Below are positions 26,438-35,364 of a stretch of DNA of 45,055 bases, piece after piece. Position numbers and translations under genes: made by a program. The first letter of the stretch is position 1, and each line of letters opens with the position of its first letter. The stretch is from Deltaproteobacteria bacterium (GTDB taxonomy: Bacteria; Desulfobacterota; Desulfobacteria; Desulfobacterales; ETH-SRB1). The stretch is taken from contig JAJSZP010000002.1 in the NCBI GenBank assembly GCA_030262775.1, forward strand, positions 1 through 45,055, given 5' to 3'. Under the pieces are notes generated by a model that saw nothing but the letters and a program-made list of their open reading frames with translations, did not search any database and had not been told where the DNA came from.

Positions 26438-26571
26438 CAGTTTCAAAACGTCCCCTTTTGTCCGATATCTGCGTCAGGCTCAAATTTTAATCCTCGAAAT
26501 ACTACATGTATTCCTGTGGTTAAAATTTTCGCCTTCCTTGATCTCGAACAAAATTGAACATTTTGAAACTG
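26438..26571 (+). mobile_element. MITE-like repeat family A, copy 3
   Basis: CAGTTTCAAAACG...CTGCGTCAGGCTCAAATTTTAATCCTCGAAATACTACATGTATTCCTGTGGTTAAAATTTTCGCC...CATTTTGAAACTG aligns along its length with the reverse complement of 3972-4113. Confidence 0.7.
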
Positions 26572-26631
26572 CCTCATCTAAAAAACTTTTTATTACGAAA
26601 ACACGAAAAAGGTCTTAAAGGTAATTTATTT

Positions 26632-27981
26632 ATGGGCAAATTTTTCGGCACGGACGGCATAAGAGGCTTAGCAAATGAATACCCGATAACCTGCGAAATG
26701 GCCATGGATATCGGAAGGGCGGTTGCTCACCTTTTCCGCTCAGAAACCGGTAAATCAAAGATTGTAATTGGAAAAGATACCCGAATATCAGGGGATATGA
26801 TAGAAAGCGCTTTAGTTTCAGGTATTTGTTCAATGGGGGTTGATGCAGTGCTTACCAACATTCTGCCCACTCCCGGCATAGCTTACATGACTTCATCAAT
26901 GGGTGCGAATGCCGGAATTGTAATTTCTGCCTCACATAATCCGTATTACGATAATGGTATAAAAATTTTCAATCAAGACGGATTTAAGCTTTCAGATGAA
27001 AAAGAAGAAGCAATTGAGCATATTATATTAAATGAAAAACCAGGTTTGATGTGCAAAACTGTCCGCGATACAGGCAGAGTTTTTAAAATTGAAGATGCTG
27101 GTAAAAACTATATAAATTTCCTGAAATCCGCATTGCCTGAAGGCTTTAGCTTGAAAGGAATGAAAATTGTTATAGATTGTGCAAACGGTGCAACATATCA
27201 GGTTGCTCCTGAATTGTTTAAAGAACTCGGTGTCGATGTTGAGTCGATTTACACAGAACCTGATGGGAAGAATATAAATAAAAACTGTGGATCTCAACAT
27301 CCTGAAGCTCTTATCGAAATAGTACTGAAGAAAGATGCCGACATAGGTCTTGCATTTGACGGTGATGGTGACAGACTTATTGCTGTTGATGAAAAAGGGA
27401 GTGTATTAACAGGTGACCAGATACTTGCTGTTTGTGCTAATATGCTGAAATTAAAAAGTAAACTTAGTAACAATCTGGTTATTAGCACTATAATGAGTAA
27501 TATGGGACTAAAGGTGTCCTTAAAAGATTTAGGCATTGAGCATATTATGACGAACGTGGGTGATCGTTACGTCATGGAACAGATGATTTCTTCTGGAAGT
27601 GTTTTGGGCGGTGAGGATTCAGGTCATACTATCTTCTTAAATCACCATACTACCGGAGATGGCATTCTTTCAGCTTTAAAATTAATTGAATCCATGAAAT
27701 TTGAATCAAAACCTTTATCCGAGCTTAAAAAAGTCATGAGGGTTTTCCCGCAGGCACTCATAAATGTAACAGTTAAAAGCAAACCGGAAATAAACAGCAT
27801 TCCGGCCGTTCAGGAAGCTATAGGGTCGGTTGAAAAAGATTTGGGAGAAAAGGGGAGGGTGCTTGTTCGGTATTCAGGAACACAGCCTATTTGCAGGGTA
27901 ATGGTGGAAGGTCCAACTGAAGAGGAAACATTGAAATATTGTAGACAGATCGCAGATGTTCTGAAACGGCTGATTGGATAA
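26632..27981 (+). CDS. glmM: phosphoglucosamine mutase
   Basis: MGKFFGTDGIRGLANEYP, ISASHNPYYDNGIKIF (phosphoserine loop) and FDGDGDRLIAVD are present. The track start at 26554 lies inside the MITE-like repeat, so I prefer ATG 26632. Confidence 0.9.
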   Translation: MGKFFGTDGIRGLANEYPITCEMAMDIGRAVAHLFRSETGKSKIVIGKDTRISGDMIESALVSGICSMGVDAVLTNILPTPGIAYMTSSMGANAGIVISASHNPYYDNGIKIFNQDGFKLSDEKEEAIEHIILNEKPGLMCKTVRDTGRVFKIEDAGKNYINFLKSALPEGFSLKGMKIVIDCANGATYQVAPELFKELGVDVESIYTEPDGKNINKNCGSQHPEALIEIVLKKDADIGLAFDGDGDRLIAVDEKGSVLTGDQILAVCANMLKLKSKLSNNLVISTIMSNMGLKVSLKDLGIEHIMTNVGDRYVMEQMISSGSVLGGEDSGHTIFLNHHTTGDGILSALKLIESMKFESKPLSELKKVMRVFPQALINVTVKSKPEINSIPAVQEAIGSVEKDLGEKGRVLVRYSGTQPICRVMVEGPTEEETLKYCRQIADVLKRLIG

Positions 27982-28060
27982 TGAGAACTTGACAGAACTT
28001 GACGAATTATTTTTGAAGAAAAGTGTACCTGTTGTAAAAATATATAAATATAATCAAAAC

Positions 28061-28100
28061 GCCCCTGTTAAGATATACAAAATCTGGTCAGGGGCATTTT
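28061..28100. terminator. possible bidirectional intrinsic terminator between convergent glmM and the BI-1 gene
   Basis: GCCCCTG (28061-28067) pairs with CAGGGGC (28089-28095). ATTTT follows on the plus strand and GTTTTGATT on the minus strand. The loop is long (21 nt), so confidence is moderate. Confidence 0.45.
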
Positions 28101-28122
28101 AATTTATTGTATTGTATTTTTC

Positions 28123-28833
28123 TTAATCTCTGCTACCACCAAAAATAAATAAGAGGTATTGAAACATTAGAATAAAATCGAGGTAAAGAGTTAAAGCGCC
28201 CATTATTGAGCCTTTTCTAACAGTCGCAACATCTATGCCAACAGGTTGTGATAAAGACATAGCTTTTAGTTTCTGTGTATCATAAGCAGTCAGGCCAACA
28301 AAAATGATGACTCCTATGTAGCTTATGATCAATTGCATTCCATGGCTACCGATAAATAAATTAACGATACTTGCAATGAAAATGCCGATAAACCCCATGA
28401 ACAAAAACTGTCCTATAGAAGTCAGGTCGCGTTTGGTGACCATTCCGTATATGCTGCATGCAACGAAAGTTCCTGCACAGATAAAAAATGTTGATGCAAT
28501 GGATTGCAATGTATAATGGTATAATATCACACAGAGGGTGATACCATTTAATGCCGAGTACAGCAAAAAAAGTACGGTTGCAGTTGATGCTTGCATATTT
28601 TGGATTTTTCTGACAATTGACAACACTAAAATCAGTTCGATGATACATAAGCCTACAACCAGTATAAAGTTCTTTCTTAAATAGAACATCAATTGCTGAT
28701 TGCTTATGATGTAATAAGAAATGATGCCTGTAATTCCAAGGCCAATTGACATCCAGTTATAAACACTTCTAATAAATGAATTGACTTGTACCTGAGCTTG
28801 TGTCTGAGTAACGGGTACTGATTGCATAATCAC
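28123..28833 (-). CDS. Bax inhibitor-1 / YccA family membrane protein
   Basis: 236 aa with 7 hydrophobic helices. FIRSVYNWMSIGLGITG...ALNGITL...YDTQKLK is the BI-1 family pattern. Confidence 0.85.
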   Translation of the reverse strand: MIMQSVPVTQTQAQVQVNSFIRSVYNWMSIGLGITGIISYYIISNQQLMFYLRKNFILVVGLCIIELILVLSIVRKIQNMQASTATVLFLLYSALNGITLCVILYHYTLQSIASTFFICAGTFVACSIYGMVTKRDLTSIGQFLFMGFIGIFIASIVNLFIGSHGMQLIISYIGVIIFVGLTAYDTQKLKAMSLSQPVGIDVATVRKGSIMGALTLYLDFILMFQYLLFIFGGSRD

Positions 28834-28847
28834 CTCCGATAAGAAAA

Positions 28848-28935
28848 GTTTTAAGTTTTAGATATTAAGTTATAAGTGTTTGATTAAATAGTAATTAGCA
28901 TTAACATAAAACCTAAAACTTAACACCTAAACATG
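28848..28935. repeat. dispersed repeat family C, copy 1: inverted heptamer arrays
   Basis: GTTTTAA GTTTTAG ATATTAA GTTATAA GTGTTTG (28848-28882) faces ...AAAACCT AAAACTT AACACCT AAACATG (28908-28935). It aligns with 35154-35229. Confidence 0.75.
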
Positions 28936-29036
28936 ATGGATTCTAATATTTATGAATTTATCAGTATTAGGCTAATAATATAATACAAACCAAATTTATT
29001 TCAAGAACGATATTAAATAAAACGATTTAAAATAAA

Positions 29037-29291
29037 ATGAAGCCGGAACAGATATACCAAGAGCTTAAAGACCTTGTAGAAAAACTCGGTATTACCGTGT
29101 CTGAACAAAATATCAGAAAAACCGGTATAAGTATAAAAAGTGGTATATGCAAGGTAAAAGGAAAACAGATTTTTATAATGGATAAACATAAATCAATTCA
29201 TAAAAAGAATGTTATACTCACATCTTTTTTAAAAGAATTGCCACATGAAGATATATATGTTGTACCAGCCGTCAGGGATTTAATTTCGTAG
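29037..29291 (+). CDS. small hypothetical protein (84 aa, basic)
   Basis: Clean ORF. No motif recognised. Confidence 0.4.
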   Translation: MKPEQIYQELKDLVEKLGITVSEQNIRKTGISIKSGICKVKGKQIFIMDKHKSIHKKNVILTSFLKELPHEDIYVVPAVRDLIS

Positions 29292-29292
29292 G

Positions 29293-29515
29293 CGTTCACA
29301 GGCACCGCAGCTGCGCGAGCTCAGTGCGCCCAGCATAGCAGATATAGCTGGTCGCACTGAGCACACACATCTGCAGCACCTGTGAACGCATACAGGAATG
29401 ACTGAGTATGCAACTTCGGCTCCGGCACCGAGGCAAGAAAGGCAAAGAGGATAAAAAGGCCTGTATGGAGTGAAGCGACCGAAGAAGTCAAGGAGGGAAG
29501 CAAAGACTTGCAAAA
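29293..29515 (-). ncRNA. candidate structured RNA in a GC-rich island; the core is a 96-nt extended hairpin (29293-29388)
   Basis: I checked the pairing position by position (i+j=58681). There are 34 Watson-Crick pairs, and 5 positions that are C-A/A-C on the plus strand but G-U on the minus strand. There are 3 symmetric 1x1 mismatches and a 12-nt loop. The local GC content is visibly far above the flanks. I recognise no family. Confidence 0.3.
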
Positions 29516-29556
29516 CTATCTAATGTCTTAGATATATTCTGACTTGTATCACCGAT

Positions 29557-29615
29557 TATATTATGTAAACTTATTGAATTCATTTTTTATGAATTCAATA
29601 AGTTTACATAATATA
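29557..29615. repeat. perfect 27-bp inverted repeat with a 5-nt TTTTT loop
   Basis: TATATTATGTAAACTTATTGAATTCAT ttttt ATGAATTCAATAAGTTTACATAATATA, checked base by base. It lies about 75 nt upstream of xseA. Confidence 0.85.
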
Positions 29616-29689
29616 TCTTATCGGACGTTATATAAAAATTTAAAGAGTGTTTAGAAGGATTTTCCAAAAAAGTTTATAAATAGAGATAA

Positions 29690-31036
29690 ATGACCATAGA
29701 AAAACATCATAATATTTATACAGTTTCCCAACTCAATTCAGAAATTAAATTTTTACTTGAGGACAGTTTTCCATTTATCTGGATTTCAGGAGAAATATCA
29801 AATTGCAAAATGCCTGGATCAGGTCATCTTTATTTTACATTAAAGGATGAAAATTCCCAGATAAGCTGCGTTATGTTCAGAGGGCAGAATCAAAAATTGA
29901 AATTTGAGCTCGAGGATGGTCTAAGCATTACCGGTTTAGGAAGGATAAGTTTATATGAACCCAGGGGCACCTATCAGTTAATCTTTGAGTTTCTCGAACC
30001 AAAAGGTATAGGCGCCCTGCAAATAGCATTTGAGCAGCTTAAAGATCGCCTTACATCCGAAGGTCTTTTTGATGATAAATATAAAAGGCCCCTCCCCTTC
30101 CTACCCCAAAAAATAAGCCTGATAACTTCTCCCACCGGAGCTGTTGTACACGATATTTTAAAAATAATCGACAGACGCTTTCCGAATCTTTTCATTGAAA
30201 TAGTTCCGGTTAAAGTTCAGGGGGAAAATTCGGAAAAAGAAATTGTTCAAGCGCTGGAATTGCTAAGCACCCTAAATGATACAGATATTATTATTATGGC
30301 AAGAGGTGGTGGTTCATTAGAAGACCTGAGTGCATTTAATTCGGAAAATGTTGCAAGAGCTGTTTTTTCAACAAAAATTCCTGTTGTTTCAGCTATTGGT
30401 CATGAAACCGATTTTACGATTTCTGATTTTGTTGCGGATCTTCGTGCTCCCACACCATCCGCTGCTGCCGAACTGGTTGTGCCAAGTAAAGATGAGTTAA
30501 AGCGAAGGCAGGAAGATATCTTTTCCAAGCTTAAATCAAATATTTGGCAATATATTGAAAAACATCGCTATATTTTGGCACAGGTTTCAAAGAGTCTTGT
30601 TGATCCAAAGAGAAAAGTGCAAGATTTGAGACTGAAAATAGACGACCTTACAAACCGCTTGACTAGAATATTTTTAAATAGCATTAATCAAAAACATGAA
30701 CAATTTAAATTGTGGAATGATTTACTATTTATAAATAAACCTTTAAGTTACATTGCTAATCTTAATGAAAAACTTGCAAACAATACTGATAAGCTAACGA
30801 CATTAAATACTATATATCTAAACAACAAACGTTCTTTGATTCGGGAAAATAAAGGCAGACTTTATGCTTTGAACCCAACTGCAATTTTAAAACGTGGATA
30901 CAGCATCACAAGAACAATTCCGGGTGCCGATATTGTAAAAACCGCACATTCAGTCTCCATTGGACAGAATCTTGAAGTGATGCTTGCAAAGGGATTGTTG
31001 GCCGTTAATGTCCAAAAAATTACTGACAGCTCATAG
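29690..31036 (+). CDS. xseA: exodeoxyribonuclease VII large subunit
   Basis: YTVSQLNSEIKFLLE...IWISGEISN...SGHLYFTLKD (OB fold), GGGSLEDLSAFN and ISAIGHETDFTISDFVADLRAPTPSAAAE. Confidence 0.9.
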   Translation: MTIEKHHNIYTVSQLNSEIKFLLEDSFPFIWISGEISNCKMPGSGHLYFTLKDENSQISCVMFRGQNQKLKFELEDGLSITGLGRISLYEPRGTYQLIFEFLEPKGIGALQIAFEQLKDRLTSEGLFDDKYKRPLPFLPQKISLITSPTGAVVHDILKIIDRRFPNLFIEIVPVKVQGENSEKEIVQALELLSTLNDTDIIIMARGGGSLEDLSAFNSENVARAVFSTKIPVVSAIGHETDFTISDFVADLRAPTPSAAAELVVPSKDELKRRQEDIFSKLKSNIWQYIEKHRYILAQVSKSLVDPKRKVQDLRLKIDDLTNRLTRIFLNSINQKHEQFKLWNDLLFINKPLSYIANLNEKLANNTDKLTTLNTIYLNNKRSLIRENKGRLYALNPTAILKRGYSITRTIPGADIVKTAHSVSIGQNLEVMLAKGLLAVNVQKITDSS

Positions 31037-31070
31037 CTCAACCGCTAAATAGTTTATAAGGAACCAAGCC

Positions 31071-31304
31071 ATGGCAGCAAAAACAAACTTTGAACAATCG
31101 ATGAAAAAGCTTGAAAAAATTGTTCAGGAACTTGAATCCGGAGACCTTCCACTTGAAGAGGCAATGCAAAAATTTGAGGAAGGGATAAAGCTTTCCAGAA
31201 TATGCTCGAAAAAACTTGATGAAACAGAAAAAAAGATAACACTTTTGTTGCAAGATCAAAAAGGAAATGTATCGGAAAAACCTTTTATTTCTGAAGATAA
31301 ATAA
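31071..31304 (+). CDS. xseB: exodeoxyribonuclease VII small subunit
   Basis: FEQSMKKLEKIVQELESGDLPLEEAMQKFEEGIKLSRIC is the XseB pattern. It follows xseA. Confidence 0.9.
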   Translation: MAAKTNFEQSMKKLEKIVQELESGDLPLEEAMQKFEEGIKLSRICSKKLDETEKKITLLLQDQKGNVSEKPFISEDK

Positions 31305-31334
31305 TATGGAATTTGTTTCGATATAATTTTTTAT

Positions 31335-31405
31335 CACGAAAGTACGGAAATTCGAAACTACGAAAATTTTTTATTTCGTGTTTTTCATCTGCGTTTTCAT
31401 GATTG
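31335..31405 (+). terminator. inverted octamer arrays downstream of xseB (imperfect hairpin around a T-run)
   Basis: CACGAAAG TACGGAAA TTCGAAAC TACGAAAA (31335-31366), then TTTTTTA, then TTTCGTGT TTTTCATC TGCGTTTT CATGATTG (31374-31405). A terminator role is inferred only. Confidence 0.4.
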
Positions 31406-31461
31406 ATTTTTTAATATTCTTGCTTTCCAACCACTAAAAAACTCGATTAATTTACATTTAT

Positions 31462-32370
31462 ATGGATTATCAAGAATCAAACTTTGATTTAACAGCATAC
31501 CTAAATAATAAGAAAGAGCTGATTAACAGCGAACTTGATAAAATATTCAGAAAGTTAGCAAGCTACAGCCATATTGTAAAGGCAATGAAATATTCCCTTA
31601 TGGCAGATGGGAAGCGTATTAGACCGATTTTGTGCCTGGCTGCAAATAAAGCTGTTAGTGGAAATTTAGAATCTGCTCTGCCTGCAGCATGCGCACTTGA
31701 GATGATTCATACCTATTCATTAATCCATGACGATCTGCCGGCAATGGATGATGATAAACTGCGAAGGGGAAAACCGACCTGCCATGTTGCATTTGATGAA
31801 GCAACCGCAATTCTTGCCGGTGATGCGCTCCTTACTTTGGCCTTCCAGAACCTTTCATCACCTTTAAATATAAAGGAAAGTCAGGCTTTGCTATGGCTTA
31901 ATGTTATACATATCATTTCCATTGCAGCCGGATACAAAGGTATGATCGATGGACAGATGAAAGATATTATTTCTGAAGGGAAATCGCTTTCTTTAGATGA
32001 TCTTAAAAATATGCATGCTTTAAAAACAGGAGCCCTTATTGAAGCATCAATTGTTTCAGGAGCTATTTTAGGTAATGGAAGTCAAGAGCAGATTAAACAG
32101 CTTAAAATCTACGCAAAAAATATTGGACTTGCATTTCAGGTAACAGACGACATTCTAAATGTTGAAGGAAATCCTGTAGTTATGGGGAAAGCGGTTGGTA
32201 CGGATAAAAATCGCAAGAAAAGCACCTACCCTCTTATTATGGGATTAAAAGAATCTAAGATATTTGCAACAAATATTGTCAATAATGCCTTGAAAACTAT
32301 TGAAATATTTGATAACAAAGCTGATCCCCTCAGGGCTGTTGCAGGGTATATATTAAAAAGAAAAAAGTAA
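31462..32370 (+). CDS. ispA: farnesyl diphosphate synthase (polyprenyl synthetase family)
   Basis: LIHDDLPAMDDDKLRRGKPT (first DDxxD) and FQVTDDILN (second Asp-rich motif). Confidence 0.9.
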   Translation: MDYQESNFDLTAYLNNKKELINSELDKIFRKLASYSHIVKAMKYSLMADGKRIRPILCLAANKAVSGNLESALPAACALEMIHTYSLIHDDLPAMDDDKLRRGKPTCHVAFDEATAILAGDALLTLAFQNLSSPLNIKESQALLWLNVIHIISIAAGYKGMIDGQMKDIISEGKSLSLDDLKNMHALKTGALIEASIVSGAILGNGSQEQIKQLKIYAKNIGLAFQVTDDILNVEGNPVVMGKAVGTDKNRKKSTYPLIMGLKESKIFATNIVNNALKTIEIFDNKADPLRAVAGYILKRKK

Positions 32371-32371
32371 A

Positions 32372-34264
32372 ATGACAAAGAGCATTCTTGAAAAAATAAA
32401 TTCTCCTGATGATTTAAGGAAACTACCGCGATCAGATCTTCCTCTTTTGGCAAAAGAGATACGTAAAATCATCGTGGATGTTGTATCTAAAAACGGCGGC
32501 CATCTTGCTTCAAGTCTCGGTGCTGTTGAACTGACTATTGCTGTTCACTACGTTTTTAATACACCTGTTGATAAAGTAATCTGGGATGTCGGTCACCAGA
32601 CTTATGCACATAAAATACTTACCGGACGAAGGAATCGTTTTCACACACTAAGGCAGCTTGATGGCATTTCCGGTTTTACCCGCAGCAGTGAAAGTGATTT
32701 TGATGCATTTTCAACAGGTCACAGCGGAACCTCGATTTCAGCAGGACTCGGCATTGCCTGCGCCAAACATATTAAAAATGAAACTTCCAAGGTAATTGCA
32801 ATTATCGGAGATGGTTCCATGACTTCCGGTTTAGCCTTTGAAGGTCTTAATCAGGCAGGAGATACACATAAGGACAAGGACATTATCGTCATTTTAAATG
32901 ATAATGACATGTCCATTTCACGTAATGTAGGTGCCCTGTCATCTTTTTTAAGCCGAAAATTATCTGCAAAAAAAATGCAGGAATTAAGAAAGGATTTTGG
33001 CTCTTTTATAAGATCTCTTCCTAAAATAGGACATGATATTTATCAAATTGCAAAACGAACTGAAGACTCTTTTAAAACATTTGTCACTCCCGGTATGCTG
33101 TTTGAGGCTTATAACTTTGAATATTTTGGACCGATAAAAGGGCATAACCTGAATCATCTTATCGATATTTTAAATAATATAAAATACTTAAAAGAGCCTG
33201 TCCTCCTTCACGTTAGAACGATAAAAGGAAAAGGGTATACTCCTGCAGAAAAAAATCCTGTATATTTTCATGGTTGCGGCAGCTTTGATCCTAAAACCGG
33301 TAACTGTATCAGGGAACCAGATTTAACTCCCACCTATACCGAAGTTTTCGGCGAGACACTGGTTGAACTTGCCGAAAAAGATAATAAAATTGTAGCAGTT
33401 ACTGCGGCCATGCCCGAAGGTACGGGCCTTGTCAAATTTGCCGAAGCTTATCCTGATCGCTTTTTTGATGTCGGTATTGCCGAACAGCATGGAGTCACCT
33501 TTGCAGCAGGATTGGCAACAGAAGGTTTTAAACCTGTCGTGGCAATCTATTCCACTTTTTTGCAGCGTGCTTATGACCAGATACTGCACGATGTTTGCTT
33601 AGAAGCCATACCGATTGTTTTTGCCATTGACAGAGGCGGCATAGTTGGTGAGGATGGTGCAACCCATCACGGACTTTATGACCTCTCATATCTTAGAAGT
33701 CTTCCAAATATGACTGTCATGGCTCCAAAGGATGAAAATGAACTGCGGCGGATGCTTATAACCGCTCTTTCTCATAAAGGTCCCATTGCAATCCGATATC
33801 CCAGGGGGAAAGTAGCAGTTTCGAAGATAAAAGAACAAAATGCTCTCATTTCTATCGGAAAAGGGGAAATTTTAAATAAAGGAAATGACATCATTATTTT
33901 TTGTATAGGCCGGACCGTTTGTGAATCACTATCTGCGCATTCAGAATTGTTGAGGTTGGGAATATCCGCAACTATTGTTAATTGTCGTTTTGTAAAGCCT
34001 CTTGATACGGATTTAATATGCTCTCTTGCCGAAAAAATTCCTAGAATAATTACTGTGGAAGAAAATGTTCTCCAGGGAGGTTTCGGAAGTGCAATTCTCG
34101 AATGCTTAAACGATAACAAAATAAATTCCTTTTCTCTAAAGCGCATAGGTGTTGCCGACACTTTTGTTGAGCATGGTTCACAGGATCTTCTCAGGGCAAA
34201 ATACGGCATTGACGCACAGGCTATTATAAACACAGCAAAAGAACTTATGACCACAGTTGAGTAG
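32372..34264 (+). CDS. dxs: 1-deoxy-D-xylulose-5-phosphate synthase
   Basis: GGHLASSLGAVELTIAVHYVFNTPVDKVIWDVGHQTYAHKILTGR, IGDGSMTSGLAFEGLN and IAEQHGVTFAAGLA. Confidence 0.95.
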   Translation: MTKSILEKINSPDDLRKLPRSDLPLLAKEIRKIIVDVVSKNGGHLASSLGAVELTIAVHYVFNTPVDKVIWDVGHQTYAHKILTGRRNRFHTLRQLDGISGFTRSSESDFDAFSTGHSGTSISAGLGIACAKHIKNETSKVIAIIGDGSMTSGLAFEGLNQAGDTHKDKDIIVILNDNDMSISRNVGALSSFLSRKLSAKKMQELRKDFGSFIRSLPKIGHDIYQIAKRTEDSFKTFVTPGMLFEAYNFEYFGPIKGHNLNHLIDILNNIKYLKEPVLLHVRTIKGKGYTPAEKNPVYFHGCGSFDPKTGNCIREPDLTPTYTEVFGETLVELAEKDNKIVAVTAAMPEGTGLVKFAEAYPDRFFDVGIAEQHGVTFAAGLATEGFKPVVAIYSTFLQRAYDQILHDVCLEAIPIVFAIDRGGIVGEDGATHHGLYDLSYLRSLPNMTVMAPKDENELRRMLITALSHKGPIAIRYPRGKVAVSKIKEQNALISIGKGEILNKGNDIIIFCIGRTVCESLSAHSELLRLGISATIVNCRFVKPLDTDLICSLAEKIPRIITVEENVLQGGFGSAILECLNDNKINSFSLKRIGVADTFVEHGSQDLLRAKYGIDAQAIINTAKELMTTVE

Positions 34265-34335
34265 TTTAGTGGATGAGAGGTTACCACTCAACCGCTTATC
34301 TACCCAACCAACAACCAGCCAAAGGCGAAGCCTGG

Positions 34336-34390
34336 AGTATCCATCAACCGGTACCAATATCAAGTATCCAGAAACGAGTATCCAGTATTA
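34336..34390 (+). repeat. heptamer array of the AGTATCC/AGAAACG family running into the tlyA start codon
   Basis: AGTATCC is at 34336-34342. AGTATCC AGAAACG AGTATCC AGTATTA are in phase at 34363-34390, and the final A is the A of ATG 34390. Confidence 0.8.
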
Positions 34391-35133
34391 TGCCGGCAAA
34401 TAAACAACGATTAGACCTGGCTGTTGTAGAATCAGGGCTTGTGCAAAGCAGACAGCATGCGAAAGCCCTGATCATGGAAGGAAAAATTCTGGTCAATGAT
34501 CAGCCGGTTGATAAGCCTGGAACCCTGGTTTTTAAAAATGATAATTTATTCCTTAAAGGTAATGACATTCCCTATGTAAGCAGGGGCGGACTTAAGCTGG
34601 AATCAGCTCTTAAAGCTTTTGATATCAATGCCGATGGTTTTTTCTGCCTGGATGTTGGAGCATCTACAGGCGGTTTTACAGACTGCCTTCTGCAGCATGG
34701 CGCGGAAAAGGTTTTTGCAGTTGATGTTGGATATGGACAACTGGCATGGAAATTAAGACAGCATTCACGAATTATAGTCATCGAACGAACAAATATCCGC
34801 CATATGCCGCTAAAAGCCCTGCCCTTCCCTGTTGATCTTATTACAATAGATGTTTCCTTTATTTCCCTTAAAATTGTTGTTCCTGCTGTTATGAAGTTTA
34901 TGAAAAAAGATGCAGGTATTGTTGCCTTAATTAAACCACAGTTTGAAGTTGGCAGGGGAAAGGTTGGAAAAGGAGGTGTGGTGCGTAATTCTGATTTGCA
35001 TAATGAAGTGATATCTGAGCTCTCTGATTTTTTTATTGATAAAGGTTTTTTATGCAAACCGGTTATTCCGTCTCCAATACTTGGCCCTAAAGGAAACAGA
35101 GAATTTTTTATTCATTTAAAGATGGTCTCGTAA
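34390..35133 (+). CDS. tlyA: TlyA-family rRNA 2'-O-methyltransferase
   Basis: MPANKQRLDLAVVESGLVQSRQHAKALIMEGKILVN (S4 domain) and CLDVGASTGGFTDCLLQHGA. The track start at 34273 would translate the heptamer array, so I prefer ATG 34390. Confidence 0.85.
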   Translation: MPANKQRLDLAVVESGLVQSRQHAKALIMEGKILVNDQPVDKPGTLVFKNDNLFLKGNDIPYVSRGGLKLESALKAFDINADGFFCLDVGASTGGFTDCLLQHGAEKVFAVDVGYGQLAWKLRQHSRIIVIERTNIRHMPLKALPFPVDLITIDVSFISLKIVVPAVMKFMKKDAGIVALIKPQFEVGRGKVGKGGVVRNSDLHNEVISELSDFFIDKGFLCKPVIPSPILGPKGNREFFIHLKMVS

Positions 35134-35153
35134 AAAACCACTTTTCACGAAAC

Positions 35154-35229
35154 GTTTTAAGTTTTAAGTGTTTGATAAAACCTACAATGACATTAACCTA
35201 AAACCTAAAACTTAACACCTAAAACCTGA
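35154..35229. repeat. dispersed repeat family C, copy 2
   Basis: GTTTTAA GTTTTAA GTGTTTG ... AACCTAA AACCTAA AACTTAA CACCTAA AACCTGA aligns with 28848-28935. Confidence 0.75.
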
Positions 35230-35364
35230 TGAATTCGGCTTTTTACGAATTTGTCAAATATTGATTGTTGATTTTTTTTATTTTAGCAGATAAGAAATAT
35301 CTTTTAATTCATCTAATTAGTGGCTGGAAGCCACTTCTACTAAATATTTATGAGAGGAGCTTAA

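Noticed and set aside
26554-26631. Upstream start (26554) for glmM
   Set aside because: The extension would be translated from the end of the MITE-like repeat and the CACGAAA octamers. The conserved GlmM N-terminus MGKFFGTDGIRG starts at 26632.
27985-28004. Tandem AGAACTTGAC x2 right after the glmM stop as a regulatory site
   Set aside because: The repeat is real and perfect (27985-27994 and 27995-28004). However, there are only two units and nothing supports a function. It is probably part of the general short-tandem-repeat background.
29280-29513. Cys-rich 77-aa minus-strand ORF exactly covering the GC-rich island
   Set aside because: GC-rich DNA is expected to be stop-poor. About 100 nt of the ORF would be one near-perfect hairpin, which is atypical for coding sequence. 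No RBS or known peptide family is evident. It is kept only as an alternative to the RNA hypothesis.
29293-29515. Identity of the GC-rich island as SRP RNA, 6S RNA, tmRNA or RNase P RNA
   Set aside because: GTCAAGGAGGGAAGCA vaguely recalls the SRP domain IV motif but has no complementary strand. No 5'/3' closing stem of the 6S type, no tRNA-like end and no RNase P conserved regions were seen.
34273-34389. Upstream start (34273) for tlyA
   Set aside because: The 39 extra codons are read from heptamer-array DNA. The canonical TlyA S4-domain N-terminus begins at ATG 34390.
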